A DNA stretch of 37,518 nucleotides, taken from Octopus bimaculoides (lineage: Eukaryota). The position numbers and the translations under genes were made by a program. Positions 23,341 through 33,757 of the stretch are shown piece by piece (position 1 is the first letter of the stretch; every line of letters begins with the position of its first letter). Location of the stretch: contig NC_068983.1 in the NCBI RefSeq assembly GCF_001194135.2, positions 37,689,136 through 37,726,653 on the forward strand. Reading direction: 5' to 3'. The notes under the pieces were generated by a model, which was not told where the DNA came from, did no database searches, and saw nothing but the letters and a program-made list of their open reading frames with translations.

Positions 23341-24008
23341 AAGGCGGCAAGGTGGCAGAATTGTTAGCATACCAGGTGAAATGCTTAGCGGTATTTCATT
23401 TGCTGCAATGTTTTGAGTTCAAATTCCGTCAAGGTCGACTTTGTCCTCCATCCTTTCAGGGTCGATTAAATAAGTACCAGTTACACACTGGGGTTGATGT
23501 AATTGACTTAACCCCTTCTCCCAAATTCGAGGCCTTGTGCTTCCAGTAGAAAGGATTATTATTATTACTAAGGCGGTGAGTTGGCAGAATTGTTAGCACA
23601 CTGGGCGAAATACTTAGCAGCATTTTGTCTGTCTTTATGTTCTGAGTTCAAATTCCGCCAAAGTCTACTTTGCCTTTCATCCTTTCGAGGTTGATAAAAT
23701 AAGTACTAGTTGCATACTGGGATTGATCTAATCAACTGACCCCCTATCACAAAATTTCAGGTTTTGTGCTTATAGCAGAAAGGATTATTATTATTAAGAT
23801 GGTGAGCTGGCAGAATTGTTAGCATGCTGGGCAAGATGCTTAGCAGCATTTTATCCGTCCTTACATCCAAAGATCAAATTCTGCCAAGGTCAACTTTGTC
23901 TTTCCTACTTTTGGGGTCGATAAAATAAGCACCAGTTGAGCACTAAGTTTGATGTAATCAACATACCCCTGTCACAAAATTGCTGGCCCTGTGCCAAAAT
24001 TTGAAACC
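23341..24008 (+). mobile_element. Three head-to-tail family A SINEs, intron 4
   Basis: Heads at about 23341, 23569, 23797, each preceded by (ATT)n. Confidence 0.85.
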
Positions 24009-24009
24009 A

Positions 24010-24376
24010 TTATCACCTGCGCCTTAGTGAAGGCAGAGATATTGTTTTCAGTCATGTTTGTTTGTTTGTCTGTGGACAAGATATTTCAAGAACCACTGGA
24101 TGGATTCGGATGAAACTTTCAGAGATGTTTGGCCTCATGACTGGCACGAACTGATAAGATTTTGGGATTGATCCAGTACTGGACAAGGATTCTGGATTAT
24201 TTTTAGTGTTTTTTTACTTAATTTTTCAGAGCGGTTGGGTTCATTTTTAGTATTCTCATTTGTAAGAACAGTCAAGTTTATTTCAGATATTCTCATTTTA
24301 AAAATCACCTCTGGCTAATCGTTGAGAGGACGTTGGTGTTGCCCTGGCGGAGGTTTGCACTCTCTGAGTGCTCGTT
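24010..24376 (+). mobile_element. Helentron-type non-autonomous element (HINE/DINE-like), intron 4
   Basis: 5' TTATCACCTGCGCC, (GTTT)n tract and GGAT..GATGAAACTT block; 3' subterminal CCCTGGCGGAGGT then hairpin GCACTC-TCT-GAGTGC (24357-24371). Confidence 0.75.
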
Positions 24377-25314
24377 ATTCTTATTCTTATTAATGCCAGC
24401 ATGGAAAGCAGTCATTAAATGTTGATGATGATCACATGAAATAAAATGTCTCTAAAAATTAACTCAATCACACTGTTGGTGTGAAGAAGGGCATCCAACT
24501 GAAAAACTATGCCAAAGCATACAGTGGAGTTGGGCACAGTCCTCTAGTTTACCAGTTTCTGTCAAACTGTTCAACCCATGTCAGCATAGAAGACAGACAC
24601 TAAATGATAATGATGATGAAGAGGATAACACAACACAAACAATGTAACACACATGTGCAAAGTCCTTACACTGTAAAGACCAGCAAGACACTGAAAGGCA
24701 GGAATTATTTTGCTTTTATGACAATTTAATGTGTTTAGGAACAAAACCCTGGAATATGGGTACAACATGGTCACACATTAGTCATCACCATTATTGGCCT
24801 TGTTGCATGCTGGCATGGGTTGGATATCTTGACAGGATCTGATAGGTCTGACAACTGATTCATGCCCAATACCTGCTTTGGCATGGTTTCTATGGTGGAT
24901 GCACTTCCTAATGCCAACAATTTTACCCAATGTGCACTTTGTGCTTTTTTCATAGCACCAGCACTACTGAGGTCACCATGCTGCCAGAAAGACTAAGACG
25001 CTGTTCAAGTGAGTGGGGCTACAGTAAAGAGGGAAGCATGCTATGAGATGAGGAAGTTAAAGTATGAGAAAAGGAATTTTTATGTGCCCCCAGCATGGGA
25101 GCCAGTCAGGGGACACTGGCCACAGCTACAATATTGGTTTTACTTAACTCAACAGGTCTTCTCAAGCATATCATATCACCCAACGCATCAGGGCATCACA
25201 GAGGCAATGACAGGAGACCGAGACCCTTGGAGACAAGCTGTGATTGAGAAGACCCGGCAACTAAAGCGAGATCATAGCCATGCATGTCTGGCCCAGTCTA
25301 AGAGTACTCCTAAT

Positions 25315-25570
25315 ATCATCATCACCATCATCGTTTAACGTGCGCTTTCCATGCTAGCATGGGTTGGACGATTTGACTGAGTACTGGTGAGCCAGATGGC
25401 TAGACCAGGCTCCAATCTGATTTGGCAGAGTTTCTACAGCTGGATGCCCTTCCTAACGCCAACCACTCTGAGAGTGTAGTGGGTGCTTTTACGTGCCACC
25501 GGCACGAAGGCCAGTCCAGCGGTACTGGCAATGAACTTGCTCGAATGTCTTTTCACGTGCCAGGAAGGCG
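25315..25570 (-). mobile_element. Family B retroposon, intron 4
   Basis: Same body; older or partial copies near 4256-4380, 14518-14640, 17560-17780, 20978-21070, 24470-24620, 24780-24960, 25939-26085, 28650-28770, 29130-29320. Confidence 0.8.
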
Positions 25571-25574
25571 ACAT

Positions 25575-25605
<31 letters not shown>

Positions 25606-25793
25606 GTGTGTGTGCATTTACTGAATTATAAATTAAATTTCATGTATTAAATTAGTATCTTTATAATGAGTTGGAAATCATTTACTTTTTATATCAAATA
25701 ATTTGTGTTTTTAGGTTTTGTCTTGGTCAGTACCACCTGAAAAACCTACCCAGAGGCTATGTCTCACCAACACACGGATACAATATTAGTTAC

Positions 25794-25863
25794 CTTTCTT
25801 AAGTGCTTCCTGTCTGGCTGTAGACTCTTCTTGTTTTTTCAGATTTTCTTCATTCATTCTTGC
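25794..25863 (-). CDS. ATAD3: ATAD3 exon 4 (70 nt)
   Basis: ARMNEENLKKQEESTARQEALKK(A); CAG acceptor, GTAACT donor. Confidence 0.94.
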
Positions 25864-26470
25864 CTGAGAATAGATTAGAAAAGAATGTTATAATATATAC
25901 ATACACATACACACACACACATATATATAAATATATATCATCATCATTTAACATCTATCTTCCATGCATGTATGGATAGGATGGTTGACAGGAGCTGGCC
26001 AGGTAGAAAAACTACCCCAGGCTAATGTGTCTGCTTTGACAGGGATTTTATGGCTGGATGCCCTTCCTGACACCAACCACTCTGCAGTGTGTGTGTGTGT
26101 CTGTCTTGATATTATGTGATGGTTGTAAGCAAGCAAAGAAACACAGAGCAGCTCAGCAGGAATATGGTAACAAAAGGGTTAAATGTTAAGGGATTAAAAC
26201 AAAAAGCAATGGTGGATACCAGAGAATGTTTCCCTAGATCCTTTTCTAATGTTTCTAGGTTCAGCAACTCCCTGTTCTGAAGTCACATCCAACTGTTGTA
26301 GATTTTGCCATTCATTTCTTTTGGCTTGACACAATGAATCTCACTAATAGGACGTTAAATGTCATTAGAAAAATGTTGATTCCTAACTTAGGCACAAAGC
26401 CAGAAATGTTTAAACGAAGAGAAACGGGTTGTTTGAATAACGCCAACCACTCCGAGAATGTAGTGGATGA

Positions 26471-26720
26471 TTTTTACGTGCCACCAGCATGGGAGACAGC
26501 CAGGCGAGCCTGGCACTGAACACGTTCGGATAGTGCTTTTTACATGCCACCGGTACAGGGACCAGTCAGTGGGTACTGGCATCAGCCATGCTTGAATGGT
26601 ACTTTTTACATGCAACCAGCACAGGAACCAGTCAGGCGGCACTGGCATCAGCCACACTCGAATGGTGCTTTTTACATGCAACCAGCATGGGAGCAAGTCA
26701 GGCGGCACTGGCAATGGCAG
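26471..26720 (-). repeat. 66-nt-period tandem module of a family B element, intron 3
   Basis: Units start at 26471, 26537, 26603, 26669. Confidence 0.85.
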
Positions 26721-26842
26721 ATTTAAATGCTAAAGTTATTTTTATTACATTTGTGATTATTTTTTAAATTACTTGAAATAAAGAGGATGTATTTCAATGA
26801 AGTACAGAGTAACAAAAGGGTTAAAAGAGATTAACAGTTTAC

Positions 26843-27004
26843 CTGCTGAGCTAGTTGTTCATCATAACGTTTACGAGCTAACTGGTCCTGGTATTGTGCT
26901 CTTTGCTGATACTGACGAGTTTCTTCAGCCATTGATTTTCTCTTTTCTTCTTGTATAACTCTCTGTTCTTCAATCTTCTGTTGGGCAACGTGAGCTTCAT
27001 ATTC
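26843..27004 (-). CDS. ATAD3: ATAD3 exon 3 (162 nt)
   Basis: [54 protein letters not shown]; CAG acceptor, GTAAAC donor. Confidence 0.95.
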
Positions 27005-27467
27005 CTGAGAAAAAAATCATTGAAATATGAAGAAAAAAAAAACAAAACCATTCAACTATGTGACATGAACAATAACATTTTTCTGAATTAGGTGATTATT
27101 AGATTCTAGCTGTTGTCAGAGATGTTTAACCTCAGGACAACTCTGATCAAACAAATCTATGATCAAATGTTTCCCAACCATGACCATCCAATCTCTTTCT
27201 AAATCAGAGACTACATTCTCTGATGTATTGTTTTTTATTATCATTTTTAAGTGAGTAGGGAGTAATGTGAGGGAAATTTGGCTATTATTTCTGGCAAGCT
27301 AGATCACTTAGAGGCTTCTTTGACTCAAATTAATTGTAACAGGTGATAATACATTCCCAACAAGCAACTTCAAGGGCAAAAAAAAAAAAAAGAGAAAAAG
27401 TAGCAAAAAATTTTTTTTAATTAAGAAAAAATTACATTGTGGATTACATAAATATACATTATTTATA

Positions 27468-27935
27468 GTGGATGGACAGGTGTCCTCACCGTGTTTGCTG
27501 TTACCATAACGTTTCAGCTGATGTACTCACCAGCCTTCATCAGGTGTCCTGATGAAATTTTGAACCCAACCCTTTATTTGACTAATGGGGTACTCTGTTC
27601 TCATTCCTAAGATATTCTTTTTTTGCTGATGTTATTTTTTTCTTTAGATATTATTTCACCAAGTCCTTGCCTGGGATTGAACTCAGAATCCAACAGTTAG
27701 TAGCCTAACCCTCAGATTCTGATTTTAATCCCAGGCAGGGACTTGGGAAATAAAATCAATAGAAAAAAATAACATCAGCCAAAAAGAATACCTTAAGAAT
27801 GAGAACAGTGTACCCCATTTGTCAAATAAAGGGTTGGGTTTGAAATTCCATCAGAACACCTGATGAAGGCTGGAGAGTACATCAGCTGAAACGTTATGGT
27901 AACAGCAAACACGGTGAGGACATCTGTCAGTCCAT
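27468..27935. repeat. Inverted repeat, arms about 220 nt, 24-nt spacer, intron 2
   Basis: 27468-27690 pairs with 27715-27935, roughly 90% by eye; each arm has a tRNA-like B-box remnant at the inner end and a CTGATGA..GAAACGTT motif. Confidence 0.95.
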
Positions 27936-28770
27936 TGTCAATAACATACATAATTCCTCATCTTAAAAATATAGAATAGTATTACATAAATATGTTTATC
28001 ATATATCTTTTGCTTGTTTCAGACATTAGACTGTGGCCATGCTGGGGTACCACCTTGAAGAATTTTAGTCAACCCAAGTACTTATTCTATCAGTCTTATT
28101 TACCAAACTGCTAAATTACATGGATCTAAACAAACCAACACTAGTTGTCAAGCTGTGGTGTGGGACAAACACAAACACACACAATGGGTTTCTTTCAGTT
28201 TCTGTCTAGCAAATCCACTCACAAAGCTTTGGTTGACCCAGGGCTATAGTAGAAGCCACTTACCCAAGGTGATACATAGTGAAACTGAACCAGAGACCAT
28301 GTGGTTGAGAAGGAAACTTCCTAAAAGAAATTATACTTTGTTTTGTTTGTTAATGAGTAAGTTAGAGGTGGCAGAAGCATCCGTCTAGAGATTTGGTTTG
28401 TATGTCTGTGTTGTGCCTTACTCGATACTAAACTGTCTCGCATCATCATGATGTACTTTATCATCTGATGTGACTGCCCACTTTTCACTGGGGGTGTCCT
28501 CCATAACACCTCCCCTTTTGAGATTTTTTGTTTTTCTTTAAGAAAATATTAATTTTTTTGGTTTTAATCTGAATGTCTCAGGTTGTACCGGTTCTACATT
28601 TTTACCAGTAACACAACACATAGGTGACCTGATAGAAATACCTCATAAAATCATCCAGCTGAAAAAAACATGCCAAATCAGACTGGAGTCTGGTGCAGCT
28701 CTCTAGCCCTGGTCAAACTGTCCAACCCAAGCCAGCATAGTCAACAGACATTAAATGATGATGATGATGA

Positions 28771-28771
<1 letters not shown>

Positions 28772-28806
<35 letters not shown>
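28772..28806. repeat. (AT)n microsatellite
   Basis: Direct reading; other SSRs: (TG)n about 10612-10631, (AAT)n about 6138-6164, (ATT)n about 23313-23340, (CA)n about 17064-17086, (ACAT)6 36439-36462, CA-rich 32665-32770. Confidence 0.9.
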
Positions 28807-28810
<4 letters not shown>

Positions 28811-28900
28811 GAGTGAGTGGACAAATGAAAGAAGGGAGCACTCAACACTTTTAGAAGGAGTTACATGTATCATTTAATAGTTTGATTTTGTTCTGTGCCA

Positions 28901-29008
28901 CTTCAAGTTTTGCAGGCTCCTAATAGGAGCCCAACTCCTTCAGGCTATAGAATACCAAACAACTCCTGAAGGAGTTGGGTTCACATTAAGAGCCTGTGAA
29001 ACTTGAAG
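28901..29008. repeat. 108-nt hairpin, intron 2
   Basis: 44-nt arms, no indels, 38 Watson-Crick pairs, perfect inner 15 bp, 20-nt loop (28945-28964). Confidence 0.92.
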
Positions 29009-29802
29009 AACTATTTTAAATAATATATGGGGTTGAATCTGAGACCACATATTTGGGAAGCAAGCTTCTAACCTCACAACCATGCTTGCACCCAGTATAT
29101 ACTGTCTATGTCTGTGTACTTGCTTCTCCAACACACACCAACATCGCCATTTAACATGACTCCTATGTTAGCATAAATTGGAAATCTGCATCAAGCTCCA
29201 ATGTCCGTTTTCACATGGTTTTGATGACTGGATGCCCATCCTAATGCCAACCACATTACAGAGGATGCTTGGTGATTTTTGTTTTTTGTGACACCAGCAC
29301 TGGTGAAGTCACCAAGAAACATGCAGAGCAAGACAAGTCTGTTCAATGGAATGGGAGGGATTCCTTTTCTTGGTTGACCTGATCTGTGTTTTGTTTATAA
29401 ATTAAAAGTAGACACAAAACAGTTGCTATACATTTGGTTTATGAAACTCAAAAGAGCCTCTAGTTGGTCACCAAAACTGTTAAAAATTGTAACCAGATTT
29501 CCCTCAAAACACACTTTACTATCTTTGAAAAATAAAAAAAGAAGACACATTGGGTAATGTAGTCCTAGATATACAAACAGATGTGATTGTCATAGTTGAA
29601 ATGCCTTTTAAACATAAGTATGCTGGCTCAGCACTGACCTAGGGCTAGACAACATCAGAACACATTCAATCTTCTCTTATAATAACACTAACTAAAAACA
29701 TACAGCTGTACCATACATTCACCTTCGCTACACAAATAAAGTAGCTTTCAGCTTTAGCACAAGAGTGATGTAACATAACTATTATAGAAGCAATGGGTAT
29801 AC

Positions 29803-29879
29803 CTTTATTTCTTTCTGGTACTTTGCTTGCAACGTTGCTTCTTGCATTTTAGTCAAATCCAAAGCTTCCCTTGAGAATT
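29803..29879 (-). CDS. ATAD3: ATAD3 exon 2 (77 nt)
   Basis: (K)FSREALDLTKMQEATLQAKYQKEIK; TAG acceptor, GTATAC donor; not in ORF track. Confidence 0.93.
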
Positions 29880-30692
29880 CTAGAAAAATAAAAATGGATA
29901 CAGATATAAAAACCAAAAATTAATTATGTAATATGTCATTGGATGACAAAACGTGAAATACTTGAAGACAAAATGATACTAAATGGCTATAGACTGCTCA
30001 TGTTATGGAGTAACTAAATGCTCCAACAACCTAAATACAATATTGAGTCTGTTATCAGGCTTTCAGAAATTTGGGAATGCTGTGCAGAACTGTGCAATAC
30101 CTTGAATTGAGTAAACAGACCCTGTTTTTGAAGTTGGTTAATTTTGCATATGGAGTGTTAAAAATAGTTTTGTTCTTTACTTTTTCATGTGAATTGACAT
30201 ATTCTGCTGTTCTGTATAAATTTGTATATGTATCTGTTAAATAAAATCATGTTTTTCACTTTTATTCATTTAATTTTCATCCAATAAACATATTGTATAA
30301 TATGATATATTACAAGAATTTCAATTGGATTAATATCAGACCCTGTTCTAGAAGTGTATTAATCTGAATCAGTTAAATACTAGTTAGCTTTTTACTTTTC
30401 ATAGTTTATTTTATATTTTAAGTATATATTTAGACCGTTTCCAGAAAACTAGAAAATCCAGAATTCTGGTACACTTCAGGTCCCCAAGGTTGCCAGATAA
30501 ATGGTCTGAGACAATAATGTCATGAGATCTAAACATAACATGGGGCACCGATTATGTAGACTCTTCTTTGCTCAATTTTACAAATGCATCTGTACATTTG
30601 TGTGGAGGCTGGAGAATCATCTTTTCAGAAAGACAAGCAGCTGCTCATATATACAAGTCTCTACTTGCCACACCATTGAAGTTAAAATAAAG

Positions 30693-31077
30693 GAATGGTT
30701 CTCAACCATTTTTTACCTACAGACCCCTTTGATTACTACCTTTATTCTGGTGGCCCCATAACTGTGTGAGGTTTAAAAACTAGTTTTGTAAATGAGTCTC
30801 TCAAAATGCCTATTCGTAACTTTACAAAAATCTTTATCACAGCTGTTGTTAAGCACTTGAATGTGAGGGATGTGCTTAAAATGTGGCGTGACCCTTTTAT
30901 AATCCTAAATATAAATGTAACATCCATTCTATCAGAAACCCTACACTTGAAATGTCCCATCCATTTCGCTTTAGATTTTATTTCATCTTTAAGGAAAGTA
31001 AAGCTAAACGCATATCAGAAGAGTCTTAATCCAAGTTCCGAAAAGTCTGCTGTTCGCAGCAGAACATGGAAACACTG
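30693..31077. mobile_element. Possible old hAT/Charlie-like MITE, intron 1
   Basis: Left ATGGTTCTCAACC and right GGAAACACTG resemble hAT termini; no 8-bp TSD recognised. Confidence 0.35.
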
Positions 31078-32297
31078 TGTACAAGACGAATGCTATGATA
31101 GGTTATTACACTATTGAATCAAAATTCTAGTTGTTTAGAATCCGATAACTGTTCTCTTTTTAAGACAGTAGCATGTAATTTGAAGAAATGTTACTACAAT
31201 CAATTCCGAAGTATTAATTGGGGGTACTTTTGTCTCTCTGCATCAACTGTTAGTATCTTGTAAATTATTAAAATAGCAATTAAAAAAAAATTCAATGTGA
31301 ATAGAAGATCAGACATCTATATTTGATTCTAAAAAAATACTTAATGATTTGATAATATATTTACGTTATTAAGCTAAATCATATTTTCATAATAACATTC
31401 CTCAAATAATTAGAATTTATAAATTACTGTCCTAAAAACATAATTTACCAGCTGAATAGAACTACATTTTAAACAAGGACATCGAAATATATATGTAATT
31501 CTATAATTAAATAAATAATACGATCGATCTTTTTCGAGAAACAGTTCAATAGTTTTGGTTTCAAAGTCCCAAATCACAAACATGTTTTCTAAACGACACA
31601 TGATCCGGTGCCGGTTTAATACTTGTAGTTATGTAAGTTTCCACACAAAAGTCATTAATAAGTACTTAAATATTTCTCTATTTCTAAAAGAACCCCCCCG
31701 CTAAAAAACTGTAATATATGTACATAAATTCTTTGTATTTGAAATTCAAATAATATATAGATATTAGTAATAAACGATTCCGAGAGAGAAAATTACATGA
31801 GACGTTCAACTTGTAGCCAAGGTCACAAAAAGAAAAAAACGACGAATTTGTAACATAATTCAAATAGTTGGCTTTCGATCTGGTATATTTCTAGTAATAA
31901 GTAACGTGCTATGTACCATTCAGAAATATTGAATATTTCATATATAATGAGATACTGAGTATATAATATGATTAGCATGTACTTATTGAAGGACACGAAA
32001 AGCTTTCTAGACTAAAGGGTCGAATGAAACTAGTTTGAGGGTCATCAGAATAACATTGTCTATGAATCAGATACATGTCAACTATATTTATTTTTCGTGT
32101 TATTTCGTTTTTACCTTTAATTCAAAATAACAAAAATTTGTTAATTAAATATAACCTTGTCCAATCACACACACATACCCATCACTCTTCATTATATATT
32201 TGTAATATTAATTGTTAATCAATAACATAAATGATGAAAGAAACAACAGAAAATATGATTGTAGTATTTCAAGAAAAGGCATAAATATTTTTCTTAC

Positions 32298-32505
32298 TTG
32301 AAGATTCCAGGTCTTTGGCAGCTTTTGCTGCTCTTTCCAAAGCAGCTGAATCAAACCGGTAGGCTTCCATTTTTGAATTCAAAGAACTTGCAGAATCATC
32401 GTTACCTTTGCCACCAGAACCTCCTGAAGAAGGTGGCATTGGTAAAGGAAACTGTGGTGCTTCCGGAATGTGTTGATCTTTCTTTATTCCAAATAACCAA
32501 GACAT
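32298..32505 (-). CDS. ATAD3: ATAD3 exon 1 (208 nt)
   Basis: MSWLFGIKK...RFDSAALERAAKAAKDLESS; donor GTAAGA at 32297; phase 1. Confidence 0.96.
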
Positions 32506-32660
32506 TGTGACATTAATATCTCAACTTAACACACAAGTAAAATCGCCGGAGAAACCCCCTTCGTTCTATTACCAACGTGGTTTCTCACATGTGCTCTGAT
32601 CGGCGACTAAATTGGGCGATCGTTTTATTGGAGTGAGCTCCCTTGAATTCACTCGCTTCC
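32506..32660 (-). promoter_or_regulatory. Candidate ATAD3 5'UTR / core promoter
   Basis: Locally CpG-rich, repeat-free stretch directly upstream of the ATG with two CCAAT motifs on the minus strand; TSS not determinable. Confidence 0.4.
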
Positions 32661-32940
32661 GAGCACGTATACACACACGCACACACACATATGCCCGCAC
32701 ACCCACGCACACACACACACACACTCAAACAGATATGCTCACACACATACACACACACACATATACAAAGATAACGCGATGCATATACATATGCGTACGA
32801 AAATACACCCAGACAAAGCTAGCGGACGTAAACACACCTACATAGACACATACGAATTAAACTATATATATTCGTATAAATTAACAACAGGGTCCTAATT
32901 TGTTTTTAAATATTGTTTCAGACGTCATTTATTATCCTTG

Positions 32941-33757
32941 NNNNNNNNNNNNNNNNNNNNNNNNNNNNNNNNNNNNNNNNNNNNNNNNNNNNNNNNNNNN
33001 NNNNNNNNNNNNNNNNNNNNNNNNNNNNNNNNNNNNNNNNNNNNNNNNNNNNNNNNNNNNNNNNNNNNNNNNNNNNNNNNNNNNNNNNNNNNNNNNNNNN
33101 NNNNNNNNNNNNNNNNNNNNNNNNNNNNNNNNNNNNNNNNNNNNNNNNNNNNNNNNNNNNNNNNNNNNNNNNNNNNNNNNNNNNNNNNNNNNNNNNNNNN
33201 NNNNNNNNNNNNNNNNNNNNNNNNNNNNNNNNNNNNNNNNNNNNNNNNNNNNNNNNNNNNNNNNNNNNNNNNNNNNNNNNNNNNNNNNNNNNNNNNNNNN
33301 NNNNNNNNNNNNNNNNNNNNNNNNNNNNNNNNNNNNNNNNNNNNNNNNNNNNNNNNNNNNNNNNNNNNNNNNNNNNNNNNNNNNNNNNNNNNNNNNNNNN
33401 NNNNNNNNNNNNNNNNNNNNNNNNNNNNNNNNNNNNNNNNNNNNNNNNNNNNNNNNNNNNNNNNNNNNNNNNNNNNNNNNNNNNNNNNNNNNNNNNNNNN
33501 NNNNNNNNNNNNNNNNNNNNNNNNNNNNNNNNNNNNNNNNNNNNNNNNNNNNNNNNNNNNNNNNNNNNNNNNNNNNNNNNNNNNNNNNNNNNNNNNNNNN
33601 NNNNNNNNNNNNNNNNNNNNNNNNNNNNNNNNNNNNNNNNNNNNNNNNNNNNNNNNNNNNNNNNNNNNNNNNNNNNNNNNNNNNNNNNNNNNNNNNNNNN
33701 NNNNNNNNNNNNNNNNNNNNNNNNNNNNNNNNNNNNNNNNNNNNNNNNNNNNNNNNN
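32941..33757. other. Assembly gap (817 N)
   Basis: Run of N. Confidence 1.

Larger units (their letters stand above)
4727..32505 (-). other. ATAD3: ATAD3 gene span (start to stop codon), 15 coding exons, 635-aa product
   Basis: Exons assembled by hand total 1908 nt in one frame; all 14 introns GT..AG; N-terminus MSWLFG, coiled-coil region, hydrophobic segment, AAA+ motifs and ATAYAS C-terminal block match the ATAD3 family. Confidence 0.97.

Noticed and set aside
23341-23420. tRNA genes at SINE heads (also 1460-1506, 27665-27710)
   Set aside because: A/B-box-like motifs only, no complete cloverleaf, and they continue into SINE bodies.
26471-26720. CRISPR-like array
   Set aside because: Whole units are homologous with no unique spacers, no cas genes, eukaryotic context.
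29790-29802. U12-type intron 2
   Set aside because: Donor is GTATACCC, not GTATCCTT; treated as U2-type.
30522-31117. ORFs of 72-103 aa in intron 1
   Set aside because: They overlap a probable MITE and show no protein motif.
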